From Podarcis bocagei (lineage: Eukaryota), in assembly GCA_964188305.1 (NCBI GenBank), contig OZ076894.1: a stretch of 64,000 nucleotides of DNA. One strand, written 5' to 3'. The translations under genes were made by a program, and so were the position numbers. Shown piece after piece: positions 1 to 14,428 of the stretch. The notes beneath the pieces were generated by a model. That model made no database searches and was not told where the DNA came from. It worked only from the letters and a program-made list of their open reading frames with translations. Positions within the stretch are counted from its first letter, which is position 1; each line of letters starts with the position of its first letter.

Positions 1-288
1 TACTAGTAATAGGTGGCTGTTGTTTTGCCAGAATGCCATCATTTTTGGCTGCTTAGAACGTTGTTGAAAACCTGGAGTGCCTTTCATGTTTTTATAAAAT
101 TCCATGCTTTCTCAAAGCACTACTGGCTAATCTTTAGAATATACTTAACATAATAGAATCGCTGCTAGATTAAACATTGCAGACGGCTGCGCCGAAGTCA
201 GTAGGTAAATTAGTAACAAAGGTAGTATTATGTGCTGGTGAAGCAATAAAGGTGCCAAAGTCCAATACATTTTCAGATGTCTTTTCCG

Positions 289-320
<32 letters not shown>

Positions 321-325
321 TATAT
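289..325. repeat. (TA)n microsatellite
   Basis: Direct reading; one interruption (tac). Confidence 0.95.
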
Positions 326-2154
326 GAGCATTTATTAAAGGCGATTGGGAAATGGTGTACTCAGGTGTGCACAGAATTGCACATTCACATTTAGAGTCGC
401 TTGTCTGCCAAGTCCTTTGCAAAGCATCTTCTATGTTTTGAGTTGTTTTTTAGTTTCATCCCCAAGCGCTTAAGTTACTTGAACTGGCCTATTTTATATT
501 TCTTGTCTTCTGTTACACTTCAAGATCTTTCGGATATAGGACCTGACTGTCCCCCCCATCCCTTTCGCTATGTCATTCATTCATAGTATCACACAGATTC
601 AATTTAACAGGTATTTATTGATTCTGCTCTGTGTCAAGTCCACTGTTAAACACTGAGTGCTGCTTCACACAATGCTTTTTTTAAAAGGATGGCATTTTTA
701 ACAGGGACTAATGTAAGTATTGTGTGCAGATCATAATGAATGAAGTTTGTACACACAAGTTGCTCTCTATGTATACACAGTGTACACATGCTGGGATGTG
801 TTGACATTTACTTTTGTCACAAAATTCCCTTTTCCTTGCAACTTCATAATGTATGGATTACCTTGTGTTAAAGAGTTTTCCCACAGGATTCCAGAAATGG
901 TATTTGAATGGAGCTGTGCTCATTGAAACATACCTTCAATTTAAACATGGATTTCTTCTGCTTTTAATAGCACGTTGACCTCGGTCATAAGTAATACACT
1001 GGAGCCTTAAGAGCTGTCTGCACATTCAGAAAAATCTAGTCACATAATCCTGGAGGACCCTAACAACTCCAGAGACAAATGTGGTTTAATGAGGGAAAGA
1101 TATGCCAGGAGAGATGAGGGAGAGACTCCCCTCTGCTAAATTCTCAAACATGTACAGAGGGCTTCAAGAAGAGTAATGTTATTTCTTTACTTCGCACTGG
1201 ATTTGCAGACACTTGGAAGTAATGGAGAATATCCTTCTTGCTCATTTTTTTTTTTTTTTTGAGTGCCTTCAAAAGCATGGCACAAAAGGAACCAAGTAGT
1301 TAATTGCATAGTGGGGAGAGCAGAACTGTGCCCAGAAGCTGCACCCACTCTGTCTGTGTTGCTTCATCTTATGAATTGGAAAGGGAGATGTCTGCAGAAG
1401 GTAGCTTGCTATATGTACCTAGGCTTCCCCTGCTCATAGTGTGGAATTAGGGTTCTGTGTTGTGTTGTGGAGTGGAGCCTAGGCACAAACAGGTGACTTA
1501 CCTTGTACAAACATTTCTTTTGCCGAACTCATGGATTTCAAGGGCTGCTGGGTGCGGCAGGCAGGCAGAGCCCCACTCATCCCTTCACACAATTGTTAAT
1601 CTTGTGGCGGGAACACCCAAATAGGGCTCTAGCTGCCCAAAATAGAGCTCTAGCCTCTGTTCCTCAAATAACTTGGGGCAGTGGCACAGGTGATCAAAAG
1701 CAATGCAGTTAGGTCCCTAGTCTAGCTCAGCTGTAGTATTCAAGCTGGACTGGAATAAAACTGCCCCAGGCTTATGGGGCACAAGCGTAACAAGGCAGAG
1801 CAGGGAGGCAGAGATTTCATTCCATTCCCTTGTTTGCTCTGTTTCATGTAGAAAAACAGATGGTGCTACCTGTTTTTCTATGCCAGTGCATCAACCTTTA
1901 AATAAATATATGTAACTGCCTCATCATCTCTAGTTCTTTTCTTGGCAGTTGGATTGAAAGGCAGATTTGTTTTTGGGAGGCCAGATGTTGGCAAGCTGAT
2001 CAAGACTTATTCTAGAGATGACAAAAAATGATGGCCAGTACACCTTATTGTTACTTTTATGTTTTGTCTTTCCTCAAAGCAGCTCAAGGCAGTATGGAAG
2101 GTCCTTCACACATTTGGGGGGAAATAGTTTCTCTGGGCACTCAGGAGTGTACTT

Positions 2155-2264
2155 CAGGAGTGGGGGAACCTGTGGTTCTCCAGATGTTGCCTGGTTGGTA
2201 GTCAGGAATGATAGAGGTTTCAGTCCTAATAGTATCTGGAGGTCCACATATTCACCATCCCCAT
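2155..2264. mobile_element. Degenerate palindromic hAT-type MITE (caggg..ggggaacctgtgg..ccagatgttg family)
   Basis: gggaacctgtggttctccagatg ... tatctggaggtccacatattcaccatcc inverted arms; same family as the 4160, 14722 and 21578 copies. Confidence 0.6.
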
Positions 2265-2288
2265 GGTACAACCGTAAACCACTGAAAC

Positions 2289-2635
2289 CGATGCGGGTGG
2301 CGCTGTGGGTTAAACCACAGAGCCTAGGACTTGCCGAACAGGTCGGTGATTTGAATCCCCGCAACGGGGTGAGCTCCTGTTGCTCGGTCCCTGCTCCTGC
2401 CAACCTAGCAGTTCGAAAGCACGGCAAAGTGCAAGAAGATAAATAGGTACCGCTCCAGCGGGAAGGTAAATGGTTTTTCCGTGTGCTGCTCTGGTTTGCC
2501 AGGAGCAGCTTAGTCATGCTGGCCACATGACCCAGAAGCTATATGTCGGCTCCCTCAGCCAATAAAGCGAGATGAGTGCCGCAACCCCAGAGTCTGTCAC
2601 TACTGAACCTACTGGTCAGGGGTCTCTTTACCTTT
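2289..2635 (+). mobile_element. Sauria SINE (Squam1), full length
   Basis: Head gatgcgggtggcgctgtgggttaaaccac, body ctcctgccaacctagcagttcgaaagcac, tail tttaccttt; TSD taa(a/g)ccactgaaac at 2275-2288 and 2635-2648. Confidence 0.93.
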
Positions 2636-3423
2636 AAGCCACTGAAACAAAAGATATTTAATGCAGTGTTAGCAAGATGATACAGGTGACCAGTTTATCA
2701 TGCAGCTGCATGCCCAGCTTGGTAAACTGCCTATTGGTAAATAGTCATCTGCATTAATTAATTCACTTGATGTTCCCTATTGTCCAGCACTTGTTGTGGG
2801 AGGGCACTAAACTGACATTTAATGGAATGCCATTCATGTCCAGCTTTCGTACACCTGTAAGTTACAGAAAGGCAGAACCTACAGGAGCAGTTCTTTACTG
2901 ACAAGTATATGAATCTTATAATCTATATTTGTTTGTCGATATGCTCATTTTAATGGACAGTAATTTACAGACATTTGTCTAAGGCCTATTTTTCACTGAG
3001 ATTGTAAATCTGTCCTGGCTGTAATCCATCAGAATGCAGGTGGGATCTTCACATGCACCTCCCTAACAACAGCAAAAAAAATAAAAAAGAGCCCACATGC
3101 AAAGGCTGAGAAGGCTATGCTAGAACTCTACATCTCCCTGACATGCCAGTTCTCAAGGTGGAGGAAATTTATGTGCATTGGAGGAGCATTCAGTCATGTT
3201 GAGCCCCCCTTCCACCCCTGCAATCTTGAAGTAGTAACACAGGTTTACCACCTGCAGTGAAAACTGGATGTGTGTCTCTAGCAGCTGAATATACAGAGCT
3301 CTGAAAGCAAGAATAAGGCAAATGATCACATGAAATATCCCAGCTTTGGCAGTATGGCACTATTCTGTAGCAAGTTCAAGTCACACAATGTGCAGGAAAG
3401 AAAGTATTCGGATCTCAGGATAT

Positions 3424-3530
3424 GGTGTAAGATCCAGTGTTAGTCATACTAAGGTTGATCCATTGTAAGAAAGGGATTTGACTGATGTTCATTGATTTCA
3501 CTCTTGAGTATGACTTGGTTGGGTATCACC
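3424..3530. mobile_element. Short palindromic MITE, PIF/Harbinger-like
   Basis: ggtg..atcca..agtcatact / agtatgact..ggtatcacc inverted ends; 3-bp tat on both flanks. Confidence 0.55.
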
Positions 3531-4159
3531 TATGGTCTGGAGGCACATGAGGTCATCATCTGGTTGGTGACTGAATGATTGGCTGCCTAGGAACTACTTT
3601 ATATTCCAGTCTTTCCAATTGCTCTTTTGTGTGAGGATGGCTGTTGTGTTTTGTAATACTTCCTTCTGTCACTTGGTCTCCTGCTTTGCTAGGGTTTATG
3701 AACAAGACAAGCTGTGCTCTAAGTTAAGGCAGTAAATGGAATGAAATAAAAACGTAAACAGATTCCCATTCAAAAAGTACACAGATTTAAAGCTAACATG
3801 TTTAGTGTTTTGCTACCAGGCCACAGAAAGAGAACACTGTCTCCATTTATGATTACAAATTTGCTTTTGGCTTCTTTACTGAGAACCAAACTACACATGA
3901 CATTAAATGTGTGAAAGCATTTACTCTGCATGTTCTGTATTCATTAAATATTGGCTGCATGGTGAGAAGAGCGAGCAGAAGTGGGGGACGCAGCTTGACT
4001 TGTCATTCCATCAGGTCTCAAATGCAAATGAAGAAGTTGGCTTATGTTATCACTGTTGTGGTTTCTTTTCTGTCTCTGTTGACTTACCTGCTCATCTAAG
4101 TGGATTTGCCATTTGCCCAGATTCTCATACAACTGATTATGGGAATGCATACAATATGT

Positions 4160-4291
4160 CAAGGATAGGGAATCTGTGACCCACCAGATATTGTTGGGGC
4201 ATAATTCCTGCCATCTCCGTCCATTTGCCATGCTGGCTGGGATTAATGGGAGTCAATCAACACCTGAAGGGTCACAGGTTTCCCATCCCTG
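4160..4291. mobile_element. Palindromic hAT-type MITE
   Basis: aggatagggaatctgtgaccc ... gggtcacaggtttcccatccctg inverted arms. Confidence 0.75.
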
Positions 4292-6484
4292 TGATATGGG
4301 CATGCAAGATGTCCCACTCATTGCCATGCTCAAATTCTGACCCTGTTGACAGACAGATGTCAAAGCCATATCTTTGGACCATGTGGATCATACTAAGTCT
4401 GCCTGTATTTTTACAGTAATCACAAAAGTGTGTTGAGAAATCAAGTAAACAGCGCTGGAAAATATATGTTTAAAAACTACTATATGATCTCTGTAAACAT
4501 GAACATTTTAAATTTATGTTGGAGGCATTCCCATAATTCACTCGAGGGTATGATTCAGGGTTTTTGTCATCAACCAATGTCTCCTAATAGTGCAAAATCT
4601 TACTGTAATTATATATACTAATAGCAAACTCCTTTGAATGTGGATTCTTAGGTAGCCCAAATTGCACATATTTCCAATCCACACATGATATATCGGCAGG
4701 CTGGGGGGAATGGGGGAATTCCAAAGCTTGCAGAAATACAAAAACATAAAAACAAAACCCAATATCTTGGAGGGGAGACAAAATATTTGATGGAGTACGT
4801 TTTCCAGTATGTCCCAACATGGCCTTTGAGAACAGTGTGGGAGGCCTCTTGGTGGTGATGCCAATAAGCCTTACCTGTTTGGTGGTAACACCTGGAAGTT
4901 CCCTAATTATGGAACTCCCTCCTGTGGAGATATGATTGACAGTCGGAGAATTTGCCTTCTCATAGAACTGCTACTGCTTATTTAATTGCTTGTGCCCTGA
5001 CAGGTAATATGTCACATTCAACAAAGCTACAAATCAAGAAAACCCAAAACAAATATGTTTTTTCCTGTTCATGCTGAACTTCTTACTGTTGAATTTTTTC
5101 TTTCATTTGAAAAACAACTTGTTTCTGAACAGTGTTCTTATGTATACCTTTTTAACAAGAAAGAAGCACTGATTTGGGTGCAACTGTGGATTTGATGTTT
5201 TCAAGTCAAATGTTACACGTTTCATCTGATGGGAAAATAAATTCTACTTGAAAAAGCTGGATCATATTCTTTTTATTTCAGTATTGCTTTGCTGAAAGAT
5301 CTTCCCCAAGACTTTATGCAAAATTATGAACAAAAATTATTTTTGTGTGTGTACAGTTGTCGTTTACCTTTCAGGTTTAAAAGAAAAGCATTGTGTTTAT
5401 ATGACACTTCAATTGCCGAGTTGTCAAAGGTGTGGGATATACTGCATTCACCCTGTTATCTCAATAAAAACCCTGTGATTGTTAATCTGCTATCAAGATT
5501 CCTTTAAATCACAACTGCTTAAAATTTATCTTGTATCCCTATAAATGAGTTCTTAAGACCAACATGCTTGAGTGAAGGAGGACAGCAAAAAAGAGTGTGT
5601 TGTAGAGAATAAACAGAATCAATATCAGCAGTGCTCATACTAGAGTGGGGGAAATGGAACAAAGCCCTGCAGGCATATAAAAGCAGTAAAAGCAATCGAT
5701 GGTCTGTTAATTTATAGAAGCTATAGCTTGCTATGAGAAAATAACAGCTATGACTGAAGGTCAGAATAGATGATTGAGTCCTTGGAGTTTAAAACAGGAT
5801 CCGTTTTAAATATTTCGAGGAATGAAAATCTGAGACAATTCTAAATTCTTGCTAAACAGAGGAAGGGTGTGTTTACAGAGTCTGAAAGAAATACTATATA
5901 TTGAGACAGAAGCATCAGCATATTGACTACATTGATCATTATCTGGTTTTAATATTCGAGGAATATGGTCTCATGTGGAGAATCATTCAAGTGGGATATG
6001 TGTAAGAATAGGTAAGGATAGAAACACTGTGGTTAGATTTGGGTTTTAGGGTTATCACAGAATAAATACTGGGAGGCCCAGTATACACATGGGATGGGAA
6101 TGTGAACCCTTTAGGAGAGAGGAATAATTCCCAGTATGAAACCATGTAGTCTACAGACTGGTTTTCCACCTTCATCATTTGAAAGGATTGCTGAATTCTT
6201 GGCAAAGGTAGGGACTAAAGTTGTGATAGTGTGTATATTTCTCCTGTTGTGAGCCTTAGCGGGGGTCTTACATCTGGGACTTTGGGGCCCAGTGTGCCAC
6301 AGTCCCTGCATCACTTGGGCTAATTGCATGCAAAAGGAATGGTGAACCGAATCTTTTGCTTTACAGTTCAACTTCTGCAAATGGCTTCAGCTTTCAAGCC
6401 CAAAAGGGTTGGGTGTCCTGATGAGCCAATAACGGCCCACCTGGCTTGGCCTTCACTCCTTGGTCTTGAGACTGAGCTGCTGTA

Positions 6485-6710
6485 CAGTGGTACCTCTGGT
6501 TAAGTACTTTATTTGTTCCGGAGGTCCGTACTTAACCTGAAACTGTTCTTAACCTGAAGCACCACTTTAGCTAATGGGGCCTCCTGCTACTGCCATGCCG
6601 CCGGAGCACGATTTCTGTTCTCATCCTGAAGCAAAGTTCTTAACCTGAAGCACTATTTCTGGGTTAGCGGAGTCTGTAACCTGAAGCGTATGTAACCTGA
6701 GGTACCACTG
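6485..6710 (+). mobile_element. Tc1/mariner (Tigger/pogo-like) MITE family A, copy 1
   Basis: TIRs cagtggtacctc / gaggtaccactg, TA on both flanks, internal aacctgaa repeats; orientation is arbitrary. Confidence 0.92.
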
Positions 6711-7859
6711 TATTCTGTTTGGGAGCCCTACTTCCTCACTGCCCTGACATGTCTTTAGGAAAGCTAATAGTCTCCATCCTCCTCAGAAGAGTGAAAAATA
6801 TTGTATAGGCTGCACCTTTCATTTCTCCACTGATAGCAGAAACTATTCCCCCTCATCAGCTGTATGATTTCATTTTATTGTCAATCCATGGTATAACAGT
6901 TTTAAAAGAGTGTAATGATAACTGTGTGAATTCATGGGGCATAGTGGGAGGAAAGCACCCAAAAGAAGTGTGCCTCTGTTGACCTACAAAATGAATGAAT
7001 GACAATTTGACCATAAATAAGTCAGTCTTCTAAGACCATAGCTTTGACATACTTTGGCGCACACAGTTCTTTGGAAGAGCTCTTTTCTTTAGGAGTCAGT
7101 TTACAGATAGGGTATCATGTAACTTGACCTGCAATGGAGATTTCTATCCCATCTTTAAACAAGCACAAGAGAGAGTTTTAATTCCCATTTTGCATAGCTG
7201 TACAGTTGCACGTGTTTTGAACCGACACAACATCTGATTCACAGAGACGTCTGGTAGCTGATTTATGGTTTTGCTTACACACAATTCCAAGATTCAAGAC
7301 ACATACAGTATTCTCAGGACTACTAGCCCTAGGAGAAATTTCTGTTGAAGTCTGCACCTGTTCACGCAGCACATGTCAGCATGAAATACAGTCTAGTTGT
7401 ATGGTGAAGCATGGGGGGGGGAAGCATAGTAAGTTAACTGCTGTAAAATACAATATTGCATTCTTATGACAGTAAGACTTGGATGTCTAGAGAGCTTAAA
7501 ATTAACTCCTGATTTAAATGCAGCAGATGCTGCTTTGAAGTCAATTAAATATATTTTAGAAAGTTTCCTAAAAAGTGAGTGCATTGATATACATCGTCTA
7601 AAGACTGCTGTGTGCGTTTACAAAATCAGCTAGTTGGCTTTAACAGTTGCTTTCATCAGGAATTATTTCTTAAATTGATGTGCAGGTCAAATTCAGTGGT
7701 AATAGGACACTGTAGTTAAATAGGCACAATATTTCTCTTTTTTAACTTATATACTTCTTGCATTTGGTTTTCTTCACAGTATGATCTTTTTTTCTTTTTT
7801 ACAAATACGCCCCAGCCTTTGGTGGAATTTGCATCAATTGATGTGGCTTTCAATAAAAC

Positions 7860-8013
7860 CAGCGTGGGTTTTTTTCCAGGGGGTACTCAAGAATATGCAG
7901 TACCGGCACCTTTTCTGTTGTTGTTGTTGTTTTGTTGTTAAAAAGTGTTGCACTTACTGTAACAACTTCATGGTGAGTACTGGTACCTATTTTTCTAGAT
8001 AAAAAAAGCAGTG
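7860..8013 (+). mobile_element. hAT MITE (ggggtactcaa..gcagtacc family), copy 1
   Basis: Perfect 8-bp TSD aataaaac (7852-7859, 8014-8021); homologous to 9458-9587. Confidence 0.82.
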
Positions 8014-9457
8014 AATAAAACAATCAAATAAAATACATAAAGCAGCAACATATGATGGATGCAGGTTCAGCAGCAAAAAATATTCTAAAATGAGGGTCTA
8101 CCAAATTTGTAAAAAGTTTCTGTCCTGCAGACAAATGCCTGCTGGAAGGTTTAACTGGGCGGTAAACAATTGGAAGGCTGAAAGGGCTCTAGCTACTATT
8201 CCATAATCTGGAGGAAACCACAGAAATGGCCTCTTGCCCCCAACCAATGGTGCCTCAGCTATGAGCAGGAGGGGGATTGCAGTCAATTATTCCAAATCTA
8301 AGCCATTTAAGGCTTAAAAAGTAACCACCAGTTCTGAATTGTTCCCCCAACAGTGCAACTGTTGTGGAACAGGTATGCATGCAGGTCTCACTAGCTGAGC
8401 TCAAAGCCTTATCCAGAAAATCATTTGTTAGGCAAGCATTTGCATAATGAGTCAAAAATTTCCATTGATTCCTCTGGGGAGATTTCCCAACCACAGACTT
8501 TTTGCCCCCAAAGTGATAAAAATACCCATGAAAACCCTCTGGAACCTTGCAAAAAGGCAACCAAATGAAGAACAAATGCCAACCTTATCCTCTGCCCCTT
8601 TGTAATGGGGGGGGGGAGAGAGAGAGTTGGCCATAGTGAATATGGAGACCCAGCCATTGAGTTCAGTGGCTGGAACTTATTTCAGCTATTTAAAATGGTC
8701 ACTTGAGGATTTGGAAATGATTCAATGCCATTTAAACTAGTTTTGAATCTCTGAGCAAAAGTGCAGGTTTCCATTTAATGTTTGTTAGTGGGTGGGGCAC
8801 GTTTGTCATTGCAGGTTAAAATTTTGAGGGGATAAATAAACATGTCACGAAAGTCATCCTTGAACATCTTCAAGTTGTGCTATTTCAGAACTTTGCTACG
8901 TAAGATAAACTCTTCCTTAAATGAAGAGATCTGCAGGCTGTGTTGCTCTTTGGTAGGTAAAATTCTCATTTAATTATAAGTCTGAACCCAGGTTAAAAAA
9001 CCACATCTAAACAAAAACACAACAGATTTTAACCTGTTTACCATTTCATGTGTTTTGGGCAAGCATTTGCAGTGTGGTCATTTCATATGAATTCTCCACA
9101 GGGCAACTGCAACAGAGCCACATATCAGTTTCTTATTTGTGCACCTGTACAATGCAACACTGGGTCGTGATAGTGACATGACAAAATGCAGACTTTTTTC
9201 TTAAAGTGTAAAAAGTGGGGGTGAGGGGAAGAAACCTCAGCCTTGTCCCCTTACAGTTAGGTAAGCCAAACACACACACTGAATTTAACAGAAATCTCTC
9301 TTCCTTGTGCTCTCAAAAAAGCAAATGAAAACCTTCCCCTTGCAGGGAGGAGTATGGAGATAACAAACGAGACTGAAAAAATGGGAAGGGAGTTTCAGTT
9401 CACTGTTAAATTTCATACCAGTTGTGATGGGTGTGGATGCATTGAAAGGACACGTCA

Positions 9458-9587
9458 CAGTGCTTTGTCAGGGGGTACTCAAAGGTATGCAGTACCCAGA
9501 CCTCTTTTTTGTTGTTAATAAGTGTGGCACTTACTGTTACAATTTCATGGTGAGTAGAGCACATTTTTTCTAGGAAGAAAAGCAGTG
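9458..9587 (+). mobile_element. hAT MITE (same family as 7860-8013), copy 2
   Basis: cagtgcttt ... aaagcagtg termini; TSD acacgtca/acaggtca (7/8). Confidence 0.82.
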
Positions 9588-12500
9588 ACAGGTCACATTC
9601 CCGGAAGGAATACAAAAAAAAAGATGGTTGGAAGTGATAATCTCCACAACTCGGGTGAAATGTTTTAAATCCAAGGGATTGTTATCTTTCCCTGTCTGAT
9701 GATGCTCTGCAACTATGTCCTGCTGATCTATGCTGCCCCATCATGCTATCCACTTCTGCTGTTATGCTTACGTTTTGCCATTCAGCATCTTCACTAGTCA
9801 TCAAAAAAGGTTCCTCTCTTTTATTGAATCACACCAAGTATCTAACTAAGTAATTTTGTTACCCTTTCTAAGGGTGGAACTAGACAGTTGTATTTTCACT
9901 GCTTAAATGCTTCTATTTAGTAAGAACAAATCATCTTCTACTGCCTATGTAGCAGAATTCCAGCTATATAGAGAACAAGTTATTTGCAAGTTCTGGCCGT
10001 GCAGTGAGTCTAGCATAGCTTACCTGCACTCTTTAAGAAATGTGTAGAAATGTAGGATGCTAGCTGATGCTGCCTTTAGCAGAGCGGGAGCCACGGTAGT
10101 ATGTCTCCTTCTAATGAATTGCGATAATGTTGGAAGTCCAGTCATGTAGGAGTTCATAGTGTGTGTTCATTGTTGATTTGGCCATCATTGCTCTAGTGTC
10201 CCAGGAAGATCTGTTCTGATATGGGAAGGAATTTAATAATGGACACCTCCCCACAGGATTACAGGCTTCCAGTGTACCAAATGGTGCAGGCAAAAACTGC
10301 CAGTTGCACTCCCAGTTACTCAGAAAAGCGCTCCAATGTCCTGTTCAGATTATTCGCATTAGACTTTTCTAAGCACTGACCGTGCAGGCAATCATCACCT
10401 CCTTCCACCCAATGTTAGCTCCCCAGAGTTTCTGAGATGTAATTTGGTCTTGCAAATCAGTGGGCAGAGTGTGATTTATTAGCAGTACAAGCATAGAATC
10501 CCTAATCTCCTCTTGTGGTCTCAACATCCACTTATCTTTCCTCAGCCACAAAAAAGCAAAATATACTTCCCACAATTGCTTGAAACAAACACAACCTGCA
10601 CTCCCATCAGTGGTACTCTGAGGAGAACTTCAGTGGCAAACAATATCCATCTCCTCTTTCTCTCTTTTGCCTGCAAAAAGCTGAAGTAGCACATGATAAC
10701 ATACCAAATATTAAATATGTTTATTTGCCAACAAAAAGCGACCTCAGCATTTGAATTATTGTATTGTTTCTTTACCCCTGCCCCATGTTATTTGTTAAGT
10801 TAAAGGGCTACATGTGAGTACAGGTGCATGTGGATAAGTCTCTCTCATATATACTATACTCAGTGCCAGATGAGAGAATCTTGGTTCAAACCATGAGTGA
10901 AATTACACAACCTTATTCTTGTCAAGTGGGTGGGGGCCGTGTCACACACAACAGTTTTCAGCTTTCTTAATTATGTGGCTGCATAATTTGCTTTCACCAT
11001 TGGATGTGCTGTTTTCTAGATCTGGATTAAACACTCAAAATACAATCCCCACCCCTCCCCCCGCTTGCAGTGTTTGATTGGACTTCAAGTCAAGGTACCT
11101 TTCATTGAAATTCTTGCTCAGTTTAGAGTTAATTTTTCTGTGTCGCATACACATATATACATACTGTGCATATTTATATGGGTGTATTATATACATGCAG
11201 ATTGCATATGTGTGTGTCTTTATCATATTTATTATATAGGATTTATTACATCATTGTTATACCCTGCCCTTCCTCCGAACGGCAGCTAATATCTTAAAGG
11301 TTTACCTAACAATACTATTAAAAACATAAAATAACCACAAAACCAAAAAAAAGTATTTATCAACCAACTTCATCTAAGTCCCTAAAACCTGGGCAACATT
11401 TTTTTATAATTCGCCTGAATATTCCTAATATGAGGGTATCAACCCAAACTCACCTGGCAGGGATTTTCATATGTGACACGTGTGTCTGTCTGGTTGGCAG
11501 TCCTCAAAGCTGGCATCCAAAGCTGTGGTGAAATAGATAATTTAATTCCAGGTAAGAGATTACAATTATCATTGATTAATTATGCTCCTATTTTAAATAT
11601 TCAGTGTTTCGGGGGGTTGTTTTTCAAAACAGCAGTAACTACAACATATGCTCTTGGCTTTGGGGCAGTCAGTTAGCTCAGGAACATCCTGTACTGTCTG
11701 TATTTGGCTAAGGCAAGGGCTAAGTCTTTACTCCCCCTCAGTCCAGATAAGCTCCATTAGTTCAGTTGCAGAGTCAGGTTTACCACTTGACTGAAGAAGG
11801 CACTGACTTTTCTTTTTATGGTGCATCTGTCTTCATCCCAAGTGCAACTTCTTAAATATATGTAATGGCTTGTCCTTTCTGAGTTCCCAAAGCCCAAAAT
11901 AATTTGGAGTTGAGTTTTGGTAGGAGTAGGGTTGTACTCCCATAAACTCCGACCGCCACAGCTAGGGGTAATAGGAAGGCCACAGGTTCTCTAAATCTGG
12001 GCTAGAGCTGTGCTGAAATGTTAGCGATACAATCACCTTCCTGCAGCCAAAAAACAAGAGAAGACTGGCAGACAGCCCTCAGACCAAATCATATACAAAT
12101 ACAGGAAATACAGGTGTGTGTATTTAACCCCACTGTTAAAATTGGGTTTACATTCTGAAGGGTCCTGCGCATAAACAAAAACCGCATATTTGGAGAGCAC
12201 CCTCTAAATGCTTATTCCCCCCCCCCCCGATCTCCAGTGTTCTCTCCCACTGTCTCTTCAGTTCAGAACAAAATAACTAGAGTTGAAACTCTGGGGTCTG
12301 CTGGAGGTTGGAAGATGCTCTTCATGTATCAGCTGATAGGTGGGAAGGCTGAGCAACCTAAACAAAGTCCTGCTGTGCCTCCTGTCTCTTTGGGGCTTCT
12401 TCCTCCCTCACCAACATACCCTTTGGGCTCCGGAGAGGGTCTCCTTGTGAGCCACGAGGACACTCTAGCTCTCTCCTGCCATTTCTTGGTGTGGTTCTAT

Positions 12501-12654
12501 TTATTTCCCAGCGCCATGCGTATTTGTGGTTGTATGCAAATGTGGGGATACCTGTATGGGATGGGAATAGGAAAATGATAAAGTGCCGATTCCCAAGTGC
12601 ACTCCTGCCTCAAAACCCGACATTAACCAGGAGTGGCCAGGTGTGTCCACTTCG

Positions 12655-12785
12655 TAGAATCATAGAATTGGGAGGGACCACAAGGGTCCTCCAGCCCCTT
12701 ACAATGCAGGGATCTTTTTGCCCAATGTGGGGCTCAAAACCATGACTCTAAGATTAAGAGTCTCATATGTTTACCACTTGAGCTA
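12655..12785 (-). mobile_element. tRNA-Lys-derived SINE with CR1-type 3' tail
   Basis: Reverse complement reads tagctcaag..tgagactcttaatcttagagtcatgg..gagccccacattgggc followed by the CR1 tail ..ccctcccaattctatgattcta. Confidence 0.8.
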
Positions 12786-14021
12786 AGATCATGTCTCACT
12801 GAATTCCTCCTGCATTCCCATGTTGTGCATGATCCTGTAGGTCCTGAGGAAGTGTGGAGGGTGGGAAACTGTGCAAGGATGCTTTCTTCAGCTTTACACT
12901 GGCTCTTCTTGCTGATGAGAGGTCTCATTAGGGCTCATTGAGACCTAGTAAGGAAAGTGGTAACTTCCCACCCACCGAAAAGTTTTGAAGAGCAGCAAAA
13001 AATTCAGGGGAGAATGTTTTTCAAGAACTGCAGGGGGGTGGGACAGGAACAGCCTCAGGTTTGGCACTGCTGCATTTTCTGCCGTTTCAACACCCTAAAC
13101 TGTCACTTGGAATATATCAATGATACTGTGATACTGTTATCGCTTGCTCTTCTTACTGTGATGTGTGTTATGATTCCTTTTGCTGCTTCATAAGTTCCTC
13201 AAGACTGGAACTGGAGCATCTTTATATTGTGCCATCTGCAAGGCTTCACATTGTCCATGTGTAATAACAAAGCATAATTCATTACTTGGATCTTCACAAC
13301 AGCCCTCATAATAGTGAGCAAATGCATTCTGTAGCAATTGCCTTCCTTTGACAACTGTGTCATCCCTTAGTGAAGATTGGTATATAGAGTTAATTCACTG
13401 CTGTTTCCTAATCCACTAATTAGAATAGATGTGACAGGTTCTCCTGCCTCTGTACTTTAAGGAATCCCTACAGCCTGATCTCTTCCAATCTGATTTTGCT
13501 TAAGCTCATTTTCCAGGTTGCCAGTTCAATTTCTAACAGACTGGCAGTGTGAGATATTTCTAGTTAAAAGAATGTTGTTTCTCTCTTGGTCCTAATTGTA
13601 AAGGCTTCCATTTTGTGTTTAATTCTCTGGATGATGCACTGAGACTTTTCCCCTAATTCATTATCTCTGATACTTGCAAACTGATACTTCCCACTTTTTT
13701 TAAAAAAAAAATCTTCCCTTTTTAAAAGCTTTAACTTGGCTGGCCCACATCCATCCATTAGAAATGCACAAGTAACACTGAACTTTCCTTAGCAGAATTG
13801 TTGGGCTATTTGTAGAAAAGGGAGCAGTTTTACTAGTGGCATTTATTGGTTTCTAAAGAATAAATCCAGCAGAGCCATTTAGTTAATAGCAAAATTATGT
13901 TTATGAGAGACTATAAGCAGTGCCTTTCTGGATGAGACAGAGGTCTAACTCAGCCAGTATTCTGCTTTCTTAGCAGCCATCCAGATGCTTCAAGATGCTC
14001 TTGAGTCATAAGGGGTGATGG

Positions 14022-14428
14022 GTGCCTTATGAGGAACGGCTAAGGGAGCTGGGCATGTTTAGCCTGGAGAAGAGGAGGTTAAGGGGTGATATGATAGCCA
14101 TGTTCAAATATATAAAAGGATGTCATATAGAGGAGGGAGAAAGGTTGTTTTCTGCCTCTCCAGAGAAGCGGACACGGAGCAATGGATCCAAACTACAAGA
14201 AAGAAGATTCCACCTAAACATTAGGAAGAACTTCCTGACAGTAAGAGCAGTTCGACACTGGAATTTGCTGCCAAGGAGTGTGGTGGAGTCTCCTTCTTTG
14301 GAGGTCTTTAAGCAGAGGCTTGACAACCATATGTCAGGAGTGCTCTGATGGTGTTTCCTGCTTGGCAGGGGGTTGGACTCGATGGCCCTTGTGGTCTATT
14401 CCAACTCTATGAGTCAATGATTCTATGA
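14022..14428 (+). mobile_element. CR1 LINE, 5'-truncated 3' end (ORF2 C-terminus + 3'UTR)
   Basis: ORF 14022-14348 ([31 protein letters not shown]...[18 protein letters not shown]) is the characteristic CR1 ORF2 C-terminus; (attctatg)-type tail. Confidence 0.95.

Noticed and set aside
150-210. Exon ending at cagtag|gtaaat
   Set aside because: A donor-like site and some CpGs are present, but there is no clear acceptor or recognisable reading frame.
6418-6445. Second hammerhead (ctgatga-gcc-aataac-ggc)
   Set aside because: The stem is followed by ccac rather than the required GAAA.
14022-14348. 108-aa ORF as a host gene
   Set aside because: It is the C-terminus of CR1 ORF2 from a 5'-truncated insertion.
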